From Candidatus Heimdallarchaeota archaeon (GTDB lineage Archaea; Asgardarchaeota; Heimdallarchaeia; Heimdallarchaeales; Heimdallarchaeaceae), in the NCBI GenBank assembly GCA_016840095.1, contig JAEOSZ010000065.1, forward strand, positions 1 to 28,289: DNA of 28,289 nt. The letters are read 5' to 3'. The number at the start of each line of letters is the position of its first letter. The stretch's first letter is position 1. Below, piece after piece: positions 26,015 through 28,289 of this stretch. The position numbers and the translations under genes are program-made. The notes under the pieces were generated by a model, which saw only the letters and a list, made by a program, of their open reading frames with translations, made no database searches and had not been told where the DNA came from.

Positions 26015-27721
26015 ATGTCTAAGAAAGTTGTAATTATTGGTGGTGTTGCAGGAGGAGCTTCAACTGCAGCACGACTTAGGAGGTTGGATGAAGAAGCTGA
26101 GATTACAGTTTTAGAAAGAGGAGCTTATGTTTCGTACGCAAATTGTGGTCTTCCGTACTATATTGGAGGAGTCATAACAGAAAAAGAAAAGTTAGTATTA
26201 GTCACTCCTCAGAAGTTTTTAGAGCGTTTCAATATCGATGTTAGAATCAACAGTGAAGCTATATCAATAGATCGAGAATCTAAGAAAGTCACCGTAAAAA
26301 ACAGAGAAACAGACGAGGAATATAATCTAGATTATGATGTACTTGTTCTATCCCCTGGAGCTGATCCAATAAGACCTCCATTCAAAGGAATTGATCAAGT
26401 TCCAATTTTCACTCTTAGAACGATTCCAGATACTTACAAAATGGATGATTTTGTGAGTAACAATAATCCTCAAAGTGCAGTTGTTGTTGGTGGTGGATTT
26501 ATAGGTCTAGAAATGGCAGAAAACTTGAAAGAAAGAGGTCTTAGTGTTACTGTTGTTGAATTGATGGACCAAGTTATGATTACTTTAGATAGAGAAATGG
26601 CACAATATGTTCATTACGAATTATATAGACATGATATAGAATTAGTATTAGGAGATGGTGTTGATTCATTTGAGAAAAACGATGCTGGGAAAGCTGTAGT
26701 TATAACTCAAAAAGGTAATAGAATTGAAACTGACATGATAGTTTTAGCAATAGGAGTCAAACCCGAATCACAATTAGCACGAGAATGTGATCTAGAGCTC
26801 AGTCCTCGTGGACATATTGTTGTCAACAAGAAAATGCAAACAAGCGATCCTTGCATTTATGCTGTAGGTGATGCTGTTCAAGTTACGAATTATATAACCG
26901 AGAAAGAAACAGCTGTTCCTTTGGCTGGTCCCGCCAACAAACAAGGGAGAATTGCAGCAAATAACATAGCTGGCGAAACTGAAGAATACGAAGGTGTCTT
27001 AGCAGCAGCTGTTGTCAAAGTTTTCGATATTACAGTTTCTCAAGTAGGACTAAATGAGAAGATGCTGAAGAAAACAGACATCGACTATGATAAAGCTTAC
27101 CTTCATCCGATGAATCATGCGGGATATTATCCAGGAGGTAATAAGCTAGCAGTCAAACTTCTTTTCGAGAAGAATAAAGGTAAAGTACTAGGTGCTCAAG
27201 TTTTAGGAGGAGATGGTGCAGAGAAAAGAATTGATGTTATCTCAACTGTAATTCACTTTGGGGGAACAGTATTTGATCTGGAGAAGTTAGAATTGACTTA
27301 CGCTCCCCCATTCGGATCTGCTAAAGATCCTGTTAACATGGCTGGTTACATTGCTTCCAATATTGTCAAAGGTAAAATGAGATCTTATCATTGGCATGAT
27401 GTTGATGAGCTGTTAGAACAAGGAATTTTTCTAATGGACGTCAGAAGAGATGATGAGTTTGAAGTTGCTACAATAAAAGGAGCAGTTCACATCTCCGAAT
27501 TTGAGATGAGACAAAGATTGAATGAATTGCCACAGGATAAGACAATTTATGCTTTCTGTCAAGAAGGATTTAGAGCTTACATATCTCAGCAGAATTTAGT
27601 GCAGAGGAACTATGATATCCTAAATTTAAACGGTGGATTCAAAACTTATGTTATGGCTACAGCTTCTCAAGAAAAACTTAAGGAAATGACAAATAATCCT
27701 CCATTTAGGATTATTTTCTAA
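26015..27721 (+). CDS. cdr: CoA-disulfide reductase with C-terminal rhodanese domain (CoADR-RHD)
   Basis: GGVAGG FAD motif, SYANCGLPY redox Cys, GGGFIGLE NAD motif, AVGDA, YAPPF, then DVR...FCQEGFRA rhodanese. Confidence 0.92.
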   Translation: MSKKVVIIGGVAGGASTAARLRRLDEEAEITVLERGAYVSYANCGLPYYIGGVITEKEKLVLVTPQKFLERFNIDVRINSEAISIDRESKKVTVKNRETDEEYNLDYDVLVLSPGADPIRPPFKGIDQVPIFTLRTIPDTYKMDDFVSNNNPQSAVVVGGGFIGLEMAENLKERGLSVTVVELMDQVMITLDREMAQYVHYELYRHDIELVLGDGVDSFEKNDAGKAVVITQKGNRIETDMIVLAIGVKPESQLARECDLELSPRGHIVVNKKMQTSDPCIYAVGDAVQVTNYITEKETAVPLAGPANKQGRIAANNIAGETEEYEGVLAAAVVKVFDITVSQVGLNEKMLKKTDIDYDKAYLHPMNHAGYYPGGNKLAVKLLFEKNKGKVLGAQVLGGDGAEKRIDVISTVIHFGGTVFDLEKLELTYAPPFGSAKDPVNMAGYIASNIVKGKMRSYHWHDVDELLEQGIFLMDVRRDDEFEVATIKGAVHISEFEMRQRLNELPQDKTIYAFCQEGFRAYISQQNLVQRNYDILNLNGGFKTYVMATASQEKLKEMTNNPPFRIIF

Positions 27722-27725
27722 TCTC

Positions 27726-28289
27726 TTAGTAAATCTTTGGTATCATCTTGAATTTAGCAATTTCTTTATATTCTTCCCAAAGCTTCCCATATTTCTTCTT
27801 ACAACGTTTTTCATCTCGCCAAGCTCGATGTGTTAGAAGAATCAGCAATGATATGGGTAGAATCACAGGAATGGGTGAGATTACTCCTGTTGTTAGAAAT
27901 ATGAAGAAATATACAAGAATTTCACCAGTATAGTTCAATTTCCTACCTATACCCCAAAATCCTGAAATTAGTATTTTTCCTTCAAGTGCTTTAGCAGGTT
28001 TGAACCATATTTTCACATTCGGATTTCTCTTAAACCTGTATTTCTGTATATTTGATCCTCTAAACATCCACATCGATGCAAAATAGAGTATACAAACTAT
28101 TGGGATCATAAATGTCCAGTAAGGATCTGTTTGATTGACTATAAACCAACCACAAATCGAATAGAAAAATGGTACATAAACTAAATCTCCCCAAACTAAC
28201 ATAAATCCGAAATTTTCTGCCATTACATCCCATGTTGAAAGCATAAATTCTTCCAGAATGTAATGTGTAAAAAGATAGAACCACCAGAA
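27726..28289 (-). CDS. ERG4/ERG24-family sterol reductase homologue (Delta14/LBR/DHCR7-like), 5' part beyond window end
   Basis: The frame stays open to 28289 (FWWFYLFTHYILEEFMLSTWDVMAENFGFMLVWGDLVYVPFFYS). Other motifs: FRGSNIQKYRFK, ISGFWGIGRKLNYTGE and LLTHRAWRDEKRCKKKYGKLWEEY...MIPKIY. Confidence 0.88.
   Translation of the reverse strand, partial: FWWFYLFTHYILEEFMLSTWDVMAENFGFMLVWGDLVYVPFFYSICGWFIVNQTDPYWTFMIPIVCILYFASMWMFRGSNIQKYRFKRNPNVKIWFKPAKALEGKILISGFWGIGRKLNYTGEILVYFFIFLTTGVISPIPVILPISLLILLTHRAWRDEKRCKKKYGKLWEEYKEIAKFKMIPKIY

Noticed and set aside
2156-28284. Short antisense or overlapping ORFs in the track (2156-2425, 3578-3781, 3703-3930, 5194-5445, 8439-8621, 9182-9502, 11106-11297, 11833-12051, 13996-14232, 14661-14885, 16633-16857, 17222-17407, 18437-18634, 23752-23949, 27748-27933, 28060-28284)
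   Set aside because: They are shadows of well-supported genes or of an AT-rich divergent promoter, with atypical composition and no motifs.
1-28289. Prophage, IS element or defence island
   Set aside because: No integrase, transposase, capsid, nuclease or toxin-antitoxin motif was recognised, and no obvious compositional break was seen by eye.

Overview
AT-rich, gene-dense window with no rRNA, tRNA, CRISPR array or mobile element that I can support. The gene mix points by inference to an Asgard archaeon, probably Heimdallarchaeia-like: a Rag/Gtr1-type small GTPase, a long TPR protein with a possible longin-like tail, an archaeal RHDLxN-type histidine kinase, paralogous beta-helix surface proteins, a circularly permuted family-5 solute-binding protein, GGTGA/GGAGGTG Shine-Dalgarno (SD) sites and TATA boxes about 24 nt before leaderless ATGs. 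It holds about 25 CDSs, mostly singleton metabolic or detoxification genes: three GNATs, acetamidase, LLM oxidoreductase, nitroreductase, alpha/beta hydrolase and CoA-disulfide reductase-rhodanese. Highlights: (1) an unannotated 24-codon leader ORF with mutually exclusive RNA helices that can hide the SD of a GNAT gene, suggesting a translational attenuator; (2) two paralogous membrane-anchored surface proteins sharing a poly-Gly-FxFCDDxxCWGPxP...CC motif and identical promoter geometry, flanking the TPR gene; (3) an ERG4/ERG24 (C14-type) sterol reductase homologue at the right edge; (4) a HEAT-repeat protein ending in a canonical PCNA PIP-box; (5) a circularly permuted orphan OppA/DppA; (6) a four-finger CxxC-x17-CxxC protein with RS-rich linkers and a structured 5' leader. 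All family calls come from motif recognition by eye; no database searches were run.
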